DNA of 64,000 nucleotides from Raillietiella orientalis (taxonomy: Eukaryota): positions 2,542,001-2,606,000 of the forward strand of contig JAYWIR010000032.1 in the NCBI GenBank assembly GCA_036172245.1, read 5' to 3'. Shown here one piece after another: positions 1 through 14,700 of the stretch. A program made the position numbers and the translations under genes. The notes below the pieces were generated by a model. It saw only the letters and a program-made list of their open reading frames with translations. It was not told the DNA's origin and made no database searches. Each line of letters starts with the position of its first letter. Position 1 is the stretch's first letter.

Positions 1-3000
1 TTACTCGAGAACTTCAAACCGTGAGGCATAAGCCCAAGATCGTCTGTTCTCCTGCCCACATTTCTGGGCTTGGAGAAGCAGAATTTACTAAAGTAGTTTC
101 GAAGCCGAAGTTTTTGTTACGCTGTGCACCCGGCTCGCATGCCCTTGGTAACAAGGGCTCTGTCTGACCTGTAGCGTGTTTTGCGAGGTACTTTACTGCC
201 TGCATAACATGTCCCATATATAACTGCTGCTTAATTCTCCGTAACATCTGCTAACGCTTCTTCATCTGTGCGACTTTCACTCTTTTCCCTCTGGAATCAG
301 CCTTCAAGGCTAAGCATGCTGGCACTCTCACCTAGATATGGGATTCAAGTGCACGAATCAAGATGCAGGGTGCCACCGCTCGCACGCACCCTGGTCAGCG
401 TGCTCAGTTTGCGATTGCCTAAAGCGGAGCACCTTACACTCCGCAGCGGTCCCCTTCCCCCAGCATCCAAGAAAAGTGCATATTTTGAATACCCTGACAG
501 GCTCACTCAGCGCCCTCTAGCCATACGATACGTCCAGAGCTTCTTAAGAACGCACGTCAATTTCCCCACGTGTTCTGATCCGCCCATCGTTTGATTAACG
601 ACAGCCTTCTCCTGGCGCTCGACTGGAAAACGGGAACTGCCACAAACCTACTGGTGTTTGGCAACTCCCTCAGCAGAAATAAACTCAAGAAAAACGTCTT
701 ATAGGATTACTACGGCAAACCCAAAAGTGGTCACCGATTTGCAGTCGTGCCAGGTCCAATCGCCAGTGATTACTCCGCTCAAAACGAAGTACAGGGTTAG
801 CAAGATTCTCTTTCGTGGGCTCACTTTCGGTCACAGAGCACACGCCAACTTATGACTGCATCGCATTGCAATCTACCAACATGATTAACGATTCCAACTC
901 TGACTCACGTTCTCCAGCTCTACCAACACGACTCGCTGCTTGTCCATGGCTCCTCACGTTTTGACTTGTCACGAGATAGGGGAAGCCCGCAATGCCAGAA
1001 ACAATCAATGACCTCGCTCTTCTTCACCTCCAACGCAGGTGACAGGGTCCGAACGATGGCAGAGAACTGCTGAATCCTCTTTCGTCTTTCAAAATGCCCC
1101 TCCCGAGTCTTTCACCATTTTTCATCAGTTTCAAATTCTCTGAAACTTCTTCCTCTTCTCAGGACAGCCCAATGACGGATGAATGCAAAACCGTGACGAT
1201 CACAGACCACCAACCCCTTTTCACCTTCCTTGAAAAGGAGATCACACTTGGAACTTGCTTCCAGTACAGCAGGAAGTGGCTCTAGCTGGGGCGCAGGGGG
1301 AGCTGGTCCCTGTGCTCCACTTAGAGCATCTAAAGATTGTCTAAACGCGTCTGCTGTTAGATCTGCATCTCTTTCTTCCCGCCACATGTAGAGGGCGATT
1401 CTCTCTGGCTGAAAATCGGCGTTTGGGAGCTTACAAAAACTCCTCATAAAGTGGCATCCTTTTCAGCTTCTTTAATAGAGGCAATCCATTAGCTGAGGCT
1501 AGCGCTGACGTCAGTCACGTTCTGACCTCAGTCGTGATATATCGGTTGAGAGCCACAGCGTTTGAGTTCGGAAACGCTAACGGAAATGTGCTGATGTCTT
1601 CGTTCATGTTGTTCCGAACCGAAGGTCAGATTCCAATGAACTGAGAGCACAAGTCGTACCTTTCGCGGTCTAAATAAGTACATCCCGAAGAAACCCCTCG
1701 TGCCATGCACGAGCGGCGCACGGAACGCAGAGCACACTGCAGAACGCCCGCGAGTCAGAAGCACGAGGGTGCCTCTCGTGTCCTGGACGGCAGCCACGAC
1801 ACGAATCGTGAGAACACTTTGAATCTAAATCGGTAACCACTCGAAGTAGGGAGATGAAGAGAAAACACGCTTCTTTTTTATTTATCTTTTTTGAGCAATC
1901 TGAGAGATGGACGAAAGCGACTAAATGGTGCACTTCGGAGTCATAGGGACGAGAATCGACGACATCAGACAAAGCAGACGACGATCATTCACCAACGGCA
2001 GGCATAACGCAGGAGCGGCCGACCACGAAAACGCTCAAGTAAAAACCGATATCAGAAATGGAAAAATTCATCAGATAAGCAGTACGGCATCTCCGCTTCA
2101 GTGCCATGACTGGACCGTGATTCACCACATAAAATGCCGGGTCTCCACAACGAAGCTCCTTATCCAGTCTCTTGAAGGTCTACAGACCCTCCCAAAACGA
2201 CATCTGATAATCTGTCTGACCAGGAATCCACCTTCTACGAAAGCCCAAACCTCAGGTATCACGAGAGCTCGACTCTCGAGTGCATCCCTGTTAGGACGGC
2301 ATTCTTGAGCTGATGAGGGTGTCCTGAAAGAGCATTCGTTGCAGAAGGTCTTGTGGTACGCACTGATGGATGTTCGAAACACCCAGTTCTCACAGCAATG
2401 GGACCACATTCACCTGCACGACAAAACGTTTCTTGGCCAAATTTGGCAACCAATCGCCTGGCACTGATACCCTGACTTTATAAGCACCGATACCAAGAGG
2501 CCCACATTCGTGTTCCTGGAATACGCGGAGCTAGTCTTGAATCAGAACATCCATGCGCTTAAGTTTAGGAAAGTCGCTGTCAAAATAGATGACAGTAACT
2601 GCAGGGTCTGCATTGAAGTGTGCCCATTTCACCCATCTTACTCGCTAGTCACGGCGACCCCAAGTCCGTGTGGTTTCGAGAGACAGAGTGCAGAGGGGGA
2701 AGGTCGCAAACGAATAAGGGAATTACACCAGGGCACGCGAAGAAAACTCCTTACAGAAACACCTGGCGTACGGCTACCCAACAACCCCGCCAACGACATC
2801 TGGCAATTAAATGGCGCTTGCCTTTCCGGACCACCTGACACCGCGCCAGCGAATGCGTCGACACGGTGGGAGTTGGTGCGCGCAGAGACAGTGCCGTGGG
2901 GATGCGAGCGCGCGTAATGACGTTGAGGTGCGTCCCAAGGAAAAGACGGTACCTGCAAGCCAAGGTTTCCAGAGACGGAAGGACATGCAAGTAATGTTTT

Positions 3001-3670
3001 CCCTAATCAGTGCAATCTGGCACCTCGAAAATATCTGTGGCAAGAATTTTATGAATTGCTGGAATGGGAAACCACAAATTTCGAGTTACTCGCAGCACTA
3101 CTGAATTTGTGTGTGTGTCCATTGCCAATGTTTCGATAGAATGGTTTCGTAACCTCATGCATACTCATATTAAGAATCCACCATGTATCAATCAACACAC
3201 GTGACGTGCATGATTTTTAGGCGATACAATCTTATCGTGACCAGATTCGCGCAAATAATACCGTTATTACAGTGTTTTCAAATGACGGAAAAATCAAAGT
3301 GACACCGTATCGTGTGGAAGTATTTGAAAAGGTCACGAAAAACAAAACATCAACGAACAAAATAGAAGACACCATCGGAAGCTTTGCAGTCCCTTGAAGA
3401 CCTCTCAAATAAGAGCTGCAACTGGGAGCTTTCTTGCAAATTTAAAAGCTCGACCAGGTGCAAAGACAAGCATGCAAGTCTAAAAATGAATATTCCCAAA
3501 TTCATCTAAATTACAACATAAGCATGCGAAAGCAATCACATGGATGAAAGGATGCTCAAGAACTAAACAGTGACAATGGTCCAAAATAGGCCTAAAGTCA
3601 AGTCTTCCTCCAAAGATGATGGGTATTCCATTGAGGAAGTACATATGACACATGCAAAGTGGATACTAAC

Positions 3671-5454
3671 CTTTGGTGTATAACTTCTGGTGCCATACTG
3701 TGAACATGATTAGTCATTTTGATTTCCACATGAGCATGGATGAGCATGAGCAGCAATCGGTTTTGCTGCTCTAATGATTCAGCATGCCCTCCTTCAAATT
3801 TGGCTAAAATATCCGTCTTTTCTTCTTCTGGCAGCAGATTCAGATGATGCATCAGAGTGGTTTGAATGTGATCATTAGATTGTCCTGTAAAATACGTGTA
3901 AATGATGAATCATTCAATATGGACCATTTACCTTCTATTTGCTGCATCAGGTGTTGAAACCAATTAAGAGGACAGTGATCACATTTTTGCTGTTGCTGTT
4001 TCTCAGATTCATGAGCAACACAGAAAGACTGATTGAGAGCTGCAAAACATGCAAGATCATTATTTCATGAAGTTAATATATATTACCAGATAAAATCTGC
4101 TGTGCCACTGAGGATGATTGGCATTGGAATATATAACCTAAGAAACCATCAGGGCTGACCTCTCTGCATATAAAGCCAAAATAATTGGTGTTTTGAATGC
4201 CCTACAGATGAAAATGCTGAGAGGAACTATACGAAGTGGTTACAAGATCAAAATGCACACCTGGGAGCAGTGGGAGATATCTCGGAAGTTCTTGCGTAGA
4301 AGGATAGACTTTTTGTCAGGGCTGATGAGTAAAAGATCCGACTGCCCAATCTGGAGCAGTAATGTACGATTGGCTTCATACTGTCGCACTTCTTCTTCTG
4401 TACCAAGACTACTACTTCTGACTCTTTTATTCAGTTGGTTTAGGCTATTTCCAGGTCCTTGGCTTTGGTCATCGTAAATCTGTTTCACAGAAACACAAAA
4501 CGCATTTTCTGAGCCAAAATTCTTTTTAGTAGGTTTCTCTCTTGATAATTCTCTTGGTATGGAATCAGTGGGTCCCGTTCTAGGAGGCAGAGATACTGTC
4601 CTACTCATTGCATGATGCTCAGAATTCTGAATTAATTAAGCAAACCATTTATTGATACTGCTGACACACTCCGAGGAAACTTACATCTTTTTCAACTTTT
4701 CTCTGCGAAAATTTTTCCAATGCATCATCAATAAAAGTATGTGGAGCCTTACTATGGGAAACTTTAATTTTTCCAATATACAGGACCTAAAGCAGCAGAA
4801 AAAAAGAAATGCAATCTCTCAAGTATCCAATTCCTTGATTCTGTCCTGCTGTACTCAAAAATTTGATTGTAAAAGAGAAACTGAAATTACTTCAGTAACA
4901 AGAAACATGAGTTCCAATTCAAGAGGGCATGTGCACATGAAGATATACTAAATAATATAACAGTTTCAATTAATACATTCATATGTGCATTGCTAAATGC
5001 AGCAATATGACCCTCTCTAATGATCGAATGTCAGCTAATTCATCACCATACAAATCGGAAAACGATTAAGCTTCCGCGGATTTAAACTGATTCTACATTA
5101 GGGAATAGGAAGTGATTTACATTTTCGAATTACTCCATGCTGCAATTCAATGGGCACCATTTCTCTTATAGGAAGTGATTTCAATAAATACCCGCTCTAC
5201 GCGTGGAATCACGGCATTTTGACATGCGAAATGAGTATCCGTATTCATTCATTCTGTGCAGACAAAGGAATGTTAATTACTTCAAAACACAGGGAAGATG
5301 AATGCGAGTCGATCATCCAGTTATACATGGTACCAGAACTTGACTGTGCTGCTTTTGTTTCCGGTTCATAACTTGAATCTGGATCTCTTGAGGGATCTTT
5401 GAGTCCTACTCCTTGTTTCTGGAGCTCTCGCATTGCAGCAAACAGCTCGGATAC
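3671..5454 (-). CDS. TBC1D1: TBC1D1/TBC1D4 (AS160, Drosophila pollux)-like Rab-GAP, partial. PTB-domain exons 5454-5281, 4786-4685, 4626-4261, 4201-4087, 4039-3932, 3884-3671; possible extra upstream exon 5833-5777. Remaining exons not located.
   Basis: Manual splicing with GT-AG introns in consistent phase gives VSELFAAMREL...CFE|VLYIGKIKVSHSKAPHTFIDDALEKF...NRTLLLQIGQSDLLLISPDKKSILLRKNFRDISHCSQ|GIQNTNYFGFICRE...GYIFQCQS...CDHCPLNWFQHLMQQIEG. This matches the TBC1D1/4 second PTB domain and following region as I recall them. TBC1D1 versus TBC1D4 cannot be resolved. Confidence 0.88.
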
Positions 5455-5666
5455 CTAGAATTACACACCCATCAAGTGGATCCCGAATTAGGGAACACCG
5501 TCCCATCCCCTGGCTCCAAGCTCAGATCGCTCACTGTGTGTCACGGCTGAACCTCGTATCTGATTTCTTACAGTATCAGTTATGAGCTCCAATTGTCATG
5601 GAGACTACAGTTTTTCTACCTAGCAACTATGAAACTGCAATGTTTTAAAAGTTTTGTTTGGAAAAA

Positions 5667-5690
5667 ACACACACACACACACACACACAC
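5667..5690. repeat. (AC)12 microsatellite
   Basis: Read directly from the sequence. Confidence 0.95.
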
Positions 5691-6299
5691 GAAACTTCAG
5701 TTTGCTAATTATCGTAACTGGGTACAATTCTCACAAGTGCTTACAAATGTACATTCCCATTAATCCTGCAACTTACATCATCCTTTTTCAAGGTCTCGAC
5801 ATTCTTTGGCAAATGGTTTTGATCGACGACTTCCTATTTGTACAATCATACGCAGGGCAAAAGTGTTCTAGCGCTGTTTCTCTGGGGAGATGTTTCTAAC
5901 GTTCAAGCCAGTTGCTTTGAAGCGGACATGGAAGACTTTCTTGGGGTCACAAAGTCACAAACTGTTAGGAGTTTACTTTTGGGCGGAGTGGGTGCACACA
6001 CGAAGATGCACCGCGGTACGCATCGGTTGCGTACACCCTTCGCTCACTAATTTCTTCCGAACCTTCATCTGCAGATGTGCGCATCACTTCCGCTTGATCT
6101 GCTGAGCCTTTAGGGAAAAAATGATGCAGGTAAGCAGACGCTGTGCTCTCTGCAGAGAGAAAGAAAGAACCTCCTCGATTCTTCGGGTGGTACCGTATAC
6201 GTATTCAAATTGCAATTGGGTATCGGATGAACTGCTACAGTCGTGAATACAACTACGCTGCACGTCTCGTCAAAAACCTTCTGCGAGGTTTTTGCTTAT

Positions 6300-9200
6300 G
6301 AAATATAATATGCACTGAATAAGATCACCTTCGATATTTTCCCTTTTCGCTAGGTTTTCAGAGACAGTGTAAAGCATCTTCGACACAATGCGATGGCGTT
6401 TTTTTTTTGTTTTTTTAGTATTTCTCGTGCCGTTAAGGTCTTCTCTCATTGGCTTCCTCGAAAATTATATGCAAAGGGACACATTTCGTGAGTACATGCA
6501 AAAATCTGCAATGGAAACTATTCAAATGTTTCAGCCAATTCTGGTTTCCTCGGAAGAAAACGGGACATGTCTTCCTTGTGACCTGGTTTCCCCAAATTCT
6601 GCATTGGGGAAACGGTCATGAAATAACTTTCAGGTCAATTCGCCATGCTTTTTCTCGCCAGTTTTCAATCGAATGGGTTCTGTCACCGACGAAAGGAGAG
6701 ACGAACAAATGGCCACTCAAGAGTGCGTCTGCCTCAATTTCTTTTCGAGTCACTCTGTCGATCTGCAGTTCCCACTGCAGCAAACCGACGCCTCTGTTTT
6801 CAAAGCACCTGGCAACCTCCAGATCGGACTCTTCCTTTCACTCCAATCTTTCTTATCTCCGGGACACAAAGACAGGCTACATGCTCTTAGAGGTTTCCAC
6901 CTTTCTTAAAGATGAGATTCTTACCTTAGTTGACCAATTTTTGTGAAAGTTCCGGCCACCAGAGAACATACACGCTTCATACTGGAATCATCGGTTCCAA
7001 TGCGCTACTAAGCTCATGAGTGAACGAGGAGGAACGGAAGTTCCAAAGTTTACTTTCGCAGTCAGTGTTTGGAGTGCTTCTGGTGATAAGGACCCCGGAA
7101 GAACACCGAAATGCTCTCTTCTTGAATGCCCCTGCATAGCAAAGATCCCAAACGACTGATACAATGCAGTTCACAGCTTCATTGAGCATCGCCGTAGTTG
7201 CCATGAAGGACCTATTCTGTCGAGTCTATAGCCTTTTCCTCACTGTTCTGTTTATAGAAGTGATGAAAAGCAATGTCCGTGCTCTTATCTCTAGGGGGAT
7301 TGGATTTCCATTCCATAAAACTCCAGAGCTTTTGCCGCATTATCACACAAGAGCTTCTTCCTTCAGATGAAGGGAGAGCTCAAGGAAAGGGGTTACACAA
7401 AGCCACCACAACCTCTCCAGCCTTGTCATGCCTTCCCGGCTTGCCTCTTTTTCGTCACTGCAACAAGCAAAGGAGTGCGTTCCCGTGCACGAATTTTTGT
7501 TATTCCTTACTACTCTCTCATTCCAAGGTGGAAACCTGAAACCAATGACTTGTCACTATCTCAATGAAAACTGGAAACAATCCAGTTCCTTCATCTGGAG
7601 ATGCTGGAGTGTACCTAGAGAGATCCTAGGATGATTTGCTTGTCCTTCGGTCACCTGTGCTTTGAGATTGCTGCAATCTTCAATGATGAAATAGTGCGAG
7701 CGTTATCGAGCCGTGTTTGGAGAGAGCGTTCATAAAAATCATCTCTTGGAAACAGCGCCCAATGCAGAGAGGGCATGCTACTTCACGCTTATCAGATGAA
7801 GCAATTCGAAGGTTGATTTTCGCGCTCTCCCTGATTTGGGTGCTTGTGGGCATGTGGTCCCAGGATCCCGTCGAATGATTCAAGTCTGCGGAAATCTGGT
7901 TTTCGAGGAAGCTCACGCAGCCCTTCGAGTTTCAAAGTACATAGCTGTTGTGAATGAGGAAATTGCTATGAAAAAGTAAACTCCGATAGAAAGAATAGCA
8001 ACATCGAAAAACACAAGTTACTTTTGGAAAGATGATGGATGGGTGGTTCCTAGGCAACGAAGGAATTTTTTACTTTTAGATGGACAAAAGTGAAGCATGA
8101 TTTTTGTTGTTGTTGTTCCTGGTTTGGATGAGAGAAAGGAACGCAAATAAATTATTTGGGCGCAAAGAAGGATGCTTCTGTTTTCATGAGTGCACGTTAG
8201 CTACACGTTAATCTCTTCCAGATGTGTTTCAGCCAACTTGATGTAAAGAAAATTCTGGATCGTGAATGAACTGCTCCTAGGTTAGCACAATGCACGATGA
8301 TCGCATGAGTCATCACGGAAAGGTGCATGAAGTGAACCAGAATTCCTTGCATGCTTGATATATCTTACTCCTACTTTTTGGTCCAGTAGGATGTGAGGTC
8401 TAACGAATAAGCCTTTCGGGTAAAAAACAAAAATGCACCCCATTCCTGCGAACTCTCTGATCCAGTCTTACGAGACCTACTCTTATGATATGCATACCGC
8501 TTGTTGCGGAGTGATGCTCTCGTCGATTGCTCGCGAGGATTCCCCTGGAAGAAGCAGCTGGCAGTCTCAAAGTTTTTTTTTCTTTTTACTGAACGAATGG
8601 TTCTTATAAAAGAGATGCTGCTCACGAAGCAGTTACATGTAAAGAATGAAACGCCACACAATATGGAGGGACGGAAGTGACCTTAAGGACTCCAAGCTAA
8701 CATTGTGCTCATCACAACGTGCACATCTCCAAAAGGCATCCATAGGTGTTTCCACGAAAACGGAACCCTACAGAGATCGAATCGTGGAGTTCAAAGGCAT
8801 GTGCACCATGCAAACCAATTGGCGCAAGTGATTTACGTCTATCGGACTTGAAGTCGGAACCAAGGAGAGTCAACTGTGACACACGGAAACCGTTCGCGAA
8901 AGCAAAGGCGCTCGGTCTTGTCAGCCATCTCCGCACACAGAACAAGACTGCAAACACGGGAGTTTCACTCAATCCATCACATTACATTACAAGGCACGTC
9001 GAGAATTCAAAGTGCTCGAGAATCGTACGAAACGAACTCCCTCCGAAGCGAGCGCTTTCAGGAATTCAACGTGAGCGCACCAGCACACCACTGCAAACGT
9101 GTTTGAGGTCATCATTGTCTTTTCGAAAGGGACTTCCTATCTTGTGACTGCCAGTTTTTGCTGATGGCCACAAACTCCGCCGTTCGTCTTGGAATTGGAA

Positions 9201-12200
9201 TTTCCGAGATCCGCTCATGGCAACCGAGACTGCGGTCCTGCTCCTCCGTTTCCAGCGCATATCTCAGTTTCAAAGTCATTTCCTTCCAGCAGACCGGAAG
9301 TTGAGACTTGCAGTGTTCTTGTGTGTTGCTGCGCAACCGCGTTTGGCGTACCAGTGCCAGACTGACGCACAGCAACTCGGAGCTGCGCTACGTAGCAACC
9401 GTTCCACGTTACACACGGAAACAGAGCAGGGTCAAGGACGTGAGTACGCGTGTCAGCAAGGGGAGCGAGCAGTGATGGTACCATTCAATAGCCTGGCAAA
9501 GGAAATAAGTAGTAACCACTGTTGCTCTAGCCTCGCTCTTGTCGTCTTTTGCGTGGTGCTTCCAAGACACCCTGAAAATCGGCCTTGTGTTCGCCAAGCT
9601 CCCGTCTGCTCGCCGTTCCATTCTGGCTTCCAGGAACTTCGGGAGCTGGTCGCCAGTCCACCTGGGAAGGGCACCCGAGTGCTCCCCTTCCGCGACGAGG
9701 GAAAGCGCAGGAGGAAATCAAGGAGCGGCAGCGGCACCTGCACTCCACTCCCTTGGCCTCCCTCTTCCCAGACGGGCAGCTGTTCGCGCCAACCACACCC
9801 AGCCGCTCCTCAGGCCGTCTCGTTCGCTCCGATGGCACCCGCGGATCGGCTCACGCGCGCCGCCTTTCGCTCCGCATTCTGTGGAGAGCCATGCCACCCC
9901 AGGGCTGCGGCGGCGCAACGTTTGCACACGGCCACGATGCTTTCGCAGGCGAGGAGCAGGCAGGAGCCGGATGGCGCTTGGGGCGCGGTCGAGGAGGAGG
10001 ACAAAGGAGCCCGGTCAGGGTGTCGGCGGAGGCTGGACGCCCGCCCCTTCTCTGCCCGGCGAAGGTCCGAGAAAGATATGGGAGCGTCCCCGGTTCCTGG
10101 CTCTCGGGGGAGCAGCCCAGGGGCGGCGGCCACCTTGGACCGTCCCTCTGCCTGAGCGCGCGCGAAGAGAGTGCACACTCACCATGGTCTGGCTGCCCCG
10201 CAGTCCTGGAGGCCGAGGGTGCTTCCTGCTGATGCCGTGCTGCTGAGGGAGCGGCAGGCTGGAGGAATGCTCCAGCCCACGTGGGCCGCCCGGGGCCCTC
10301 GCGGGCGTGGAAAGCAGGGGGATCGTCCACATCTGGGAGAGGGAAGGGAAGGGCTGCCTTCGTCCTCAGAAGGGAGCGAGGGTTCTGGGAGAGCCTGTGG
10401 GATGCGCTCCCCGTTCCCGGCGACGCGCGTGCTCGGAGGGGACTGCTCGGGTGGGAATGACAGCGCCGCTCCCGTGCGGCACGCGTGCACCACGCTCCCG
10501 TCACGTGCGCGCCGCCGTCGCCCGGGTTAAAATTAGTCCGGCGGGAGCTGCGGCTGCCCCTGGAGTTCACCGTCGGGAATGCAGGAAGGGAGCGGAAGGG
10601 GTTCGGAGCGCCGATGTCGCCCTTCTTTCCGCTTCTTACAGGTACGGGGAAGAATCCGGAAGCACGCGCGGTTTTCGAATGACCCGCAGTCGCACCGGCC
10701 CCCCACCCACCGGTGGCCCATCGTGCGACGACCCGCGGGAAGAACCCATGTTCCCCTCCCACCGCCTGTGGGCCCTTCGGGACCGTCTGCCGGGCGCTAT
10801 GATGGACCCATCTGGTCCGGACGCATCGCGTTCCTCTGGGTGTTCGAGGGCCGCGACCCTGTCGGGTCCCGGGGCTTCGTAAGGAAGGGAAAGGCGAAGT
10901 GGGCGCCCCGGCGCATCCTTCGTGGCGGTGGGAGGGGACGTCCTGCCACCTGGGAGCCTTGGGAAAGGGAGGTGTCGCGAACCCGAGGCGGCAGCGGCAC
11001 GGAGCTGGCGAGGAGAGACCCAGGAAGCGGGGAGGAAAGTTGGCGAGGCAGACAGGGGCGCAGAGCCGCCCTCCGGCGAGAGTCTGGGACGGCCGCTTTC
11101 CTGCGGCCCCTACGCCCCTCCCCCTTCTTGCCGGACGGAGGTGCCGGAGATTCTGCGACCTGCCGCGAGGGGTGGAGGCGGACGGAGGGTCTCCCAGGAG
11201 AGCCATGCCCTCTCTGGAGCGCGTGCGCCGCCAGGGGGGTCTTTTGCGAGGGCGTCTCTGTGCTGTCGCCCCTTCCTCTTCCCTGCCCCCAGGTTCCTGG
11301 GTAGTCGCTTCGCAGTGGGCGGACTGTCGCTTGCAAGCGCCTGGTGAGGATTCCTCCCCTTGGCGCATGCGCGCGCGCGCCGCGGCGGCGGCGCACCTGG
11401 ACGTCCGCCGATAGGCGCTACCGGCCGTTGCCGCGGCGACGGGTGGCGGCAGGCCGAACCTACGGGAACAGCGCGCGCGCGCTCCCGGGGAGCTCCCACT
11501 CCGAGCTGCCCGCCGCGTCAGCGCGCCGCCGCCCATAAGCCCCTGCCGTGTTCCGTCGGGACACGGCAGGGGCTTATCGGGAGGGTTTGTGGGCCGCGCG
11601 CCGGAGTGCAGAGCCTGCGGCCGACGCAGGCAGACACGGGCACGCAAAAATGGGACCGGTGCTCGGGGAGGGGGAGGGAGAGAACGGTTTTCTCTACACG
11701 AAGCTTTGCTTACCTCAGGCTACGTATCTTCTCCTTCCCAGCTTCCTCCTCGCTCTCGGGCTCCTGACGAGGGTGCTTCCGGTCCCAGTTCAATATCCCA
11801 GAATGCCTGTGGTCAACATGAGCCCAAGACTCGCGTTTGTTTCATGCGATTCGGATGCCCCGGGATACGATCGTGGGGGCTGCCATTTTCGAACTTGTAA
11901 ACCGCTGATTGGCTCTCGGGATGGGATTTGCGCTCGCCAAGAGTACTTTTGAAAGAATCTCGGCGCCTAACAATAGGACCCTCCATTGTTTACTTGTCCT
12001 TGGAGAGCTTCTCCTTCTTTTCCCCTTTTGATTTTTCGCCCTCCCGGCGGCTGCCTGGACGCCTTATTTTTAGCCACCATCCGGGCCACCTTGTTATGGA
12101 ATTGCCACTCAAGCAGCTGGGGGTGGAATTCCTCCTGGTGCAGCCGAAGAGAAACCCGAGAGCGCGCCGCCGAAACACGAACGATTCGATTTCCAATTAG

Positions 12201-14700
12201 CAGCACTCCGCTCGGCATTTTTTTTTTGAGGGGAGGGCGAGCCGCTCTCGACTGCCTTTCGGGTTATTTTTGGGACCCCCGTCTCTTGAAGCGTGCGGTC
12301 TCCGAGATGCGGGGATGGAGGCGATCGCCCGGAATCGAGAAACGGGGCAAGATGAGAGCGGAGCCGCCGCTGCTCCGCTGGCACACGAAAGCCTTCAGGA
12401 TCACCTCAGCGCGGAAGCTCGTTTTCAAGCGACCCCTCTCGCGGTGCTTTCTGCCCTGATGCGGCGAAGGCCACGGCGCCGCTTCAGGGCTTTTCGGAGC
12501 TGAGGTGTGGGCAGGCAGCGGCAAAATTCCCCTGAAACCCGAAATCCTGAAGGGACGCAAAGCGGAGAGCCGACCTGGAAGACGCGGCCGTGCCTGCGCG
12601 CGTTTCTGACTCCTCGCGACGCTCCCTGCTTTCCCCCAGATACTTCCGGTTGTCAGCATCTCTTTGCTGCTGCTCTCGATCGGTTGACAGCCATGGAACT
12701 CTCAGGTGGTTGCATGACGACAGGCTAATTGCGGGTGAGGTCGCGAACCGATCCTGCGTCAACCGAGATGCGCGGCAGCTGAAGCTGCGGTGCCAAGTCG
12801 GCTTTGTTTTCCGTGAAAAGTTGGTGCGCGTCCGCGCGAAACTCCTGGAGCTATTCGACCGGTCACTTTCGGCCGCTGGTTGTGGTTTTGAGAGGAGGGA
12901 TTTTCTGGAGTCCATCGGGAAGCTGCGAAGAACCCCCTTTTGCTTCACATCTCGAAATGGTCTCTTGGACACGCAACCGGCACGGCCTCACGGATGCCGT
13001 TTCCTGTGCGTGGACCGTTCCTCTGGTTTTGGACCCTGGTCGTGGCCTTTCATGCGGACTTGGGTCACCGCTGCCGCTGTCAAGTTAGACCGAGAAGAAG
13101 AGGAAGACCGAGGCATCTTGCAGCGTCGCGCTCTGCTGCCTTGATGACCGGTGGATGGGCGCTCGGCCGGCATCCTCGCACACAGGCACTGTTGATGTTC
13201 CCGGCTAGCGGAAGGCGGCTTCCCTCAAGCGGTGCCCCTTTGCGCGCTGATCTTCAAGATGCGCTTCCTGCAGGCCTCCGAGCTGCGCATATCCGTTCAT
13301 CTCTCACCATGGCAACCGGATTCGTGGCAGTGCGTTGTGTCCGATCCGCTTCGATGAACCTCTTCTCTGCACATCTCCGTACGCAGCGCGTGGTTGATGG
13401 AAATGGTCCTCTTTGACCAGTTGTTTTTCCTTTAGAAAGTGGGAAAGGTGGTCGAGGTTATCCTCTGCTTGCGAAACACCCCCTCTCGAGATTCGACACG
13501 CGATGCTGCCTGAGGGGATGATCGTCAGCTTCTAAAGAGGCCCTGCGAATGCGCCGTTCTATTTATGGTACTCCTTTTCGCGCAAGATTCAGATTCCCGA
13601 GGTTCCTGGAAGCATTTCAGAAATTACCTTCCAGCAGCTGCAGTCGGCTGCTCCCAGATATATGGGAAACCGTTCAAGGTCGCTTGGGATGCCCTCCTTT
13701 GGAAGGATCGTCTTCCGTGTTACCAGCCCCTTCCCCCCCGCGGAGTTCGATGGACGGGAGCGGGTAGAGGATTCGCTGGTAATCACTGACTCGGTGAATC
13801 CCGTGGGATTCGCAACTGAGGATCCGTCAATGAGGCCATTGACTCGTGGCACACCTCCTGAGTCCCCATTGGGTCTGGCTGCTGTGGAAACGCCGCCTTC
13901 AAATGTAACAATCCAAAAGATGCTGCACGTATTGCTCTTTATCCTTCCCCTTGCTTTTCAACGAGGCTTATGTGAACCGGCGAAAGGAGCGCTTCTGGAC
14001 CCTTTCCAAGCTGAGAGCTCCACATCCCGTAGGAAGGACTTGGAAGTGCTGCGCAGATCCGCTCATGAGAGCGAAGAAGAAAACGGGGATTCCGGAGCCA
14101 TGCAGCTGGGCAAAGGTTCTCTGGATCGCGGTCACCTTCGCTTCCACGGAAATGTTCCAACGGATTGACGCCTGTCTCCTGAGGACAAGGTGCTCCTTGG
14201 CGCCTGCCATGGCCGACATTTCCACTCCAGGAAACTTGCACGATGGCGCAAGAGGCATCCACTTGTGGTGGGGGTATTGGAGCCTGCCTGCCGTCTAGAG
14301 GCGCGCAAGATCTTGCGATGGAAGCTCTCGTAAGAAAACGCCATTTCTCTTTTGCGCTTGCGTGTAAACACGTGAGAGCATTCGATCTGGGATGGAGTCC
14401 GCCGCGCTCGCATCTTTGGCGGAGGCTGCAGCTATTTTCCCTGGCAGCCTTGCCGGGGAAATGATGGGCAACTGATTTCCCATCCTCTAAAATTCGCAGA
14501 AGTTTCCGGTACCAGATGCCGGACATTGGACAGAATTTCTGATGCTCCAAAGCCGCCTCGCTGAGGTGTGGCGGAGTAGAAGTGACAAGCGCATGCTTTT
14601 TGAAGAAGTGCAGGGTGGACCCACGGACTTTGAGGAGGAAAGAGAGAGTTGTTACGTAGGAATTTCTTGTCCTCGATCAGAGAAAAACCAACAAACATAC
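6300..14700 (-). mobile_element. Highly degenerate, near full-length L1/Tx1-like LINE (copy C): ORF1 region, GC-rich linker, APE and RT relics
   Basis: Motif relics occur in the expected order on the minus strand: ORF1-like PSGVLLIGNRIVRVS (~12200), APE-like LTLLGSDFK (~8860; cf. GGDFN), RT4-like ADALLSGHLFV (~6720). It shares CCACTCCAGG (LEW frame) at 14222 with copies A and B. Many stops and frameshifts; boundaries approximate. Confidence 0.45.

Noticed and set aside
1..3100. Possible plus-strand decayed retroelement or further TBC1D1/4 exons (e.g. ORF 1112-1447)
   Set aside because: Only vague motif hints (C2H2-like, W.LN); I could not tie any frame to a family or to the TBC domain with confidence.
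9851..11647. 598-aa ORF and many overlapping long ORFs in the GC-rich blocks (also 29-32 kb)
   Set aside because: Arg/Pro/Gly/Ala-rich translations are open on several frames and both strands, as expected from very high GC. No recognisable domain, and they lie inside decayed LINE copies.
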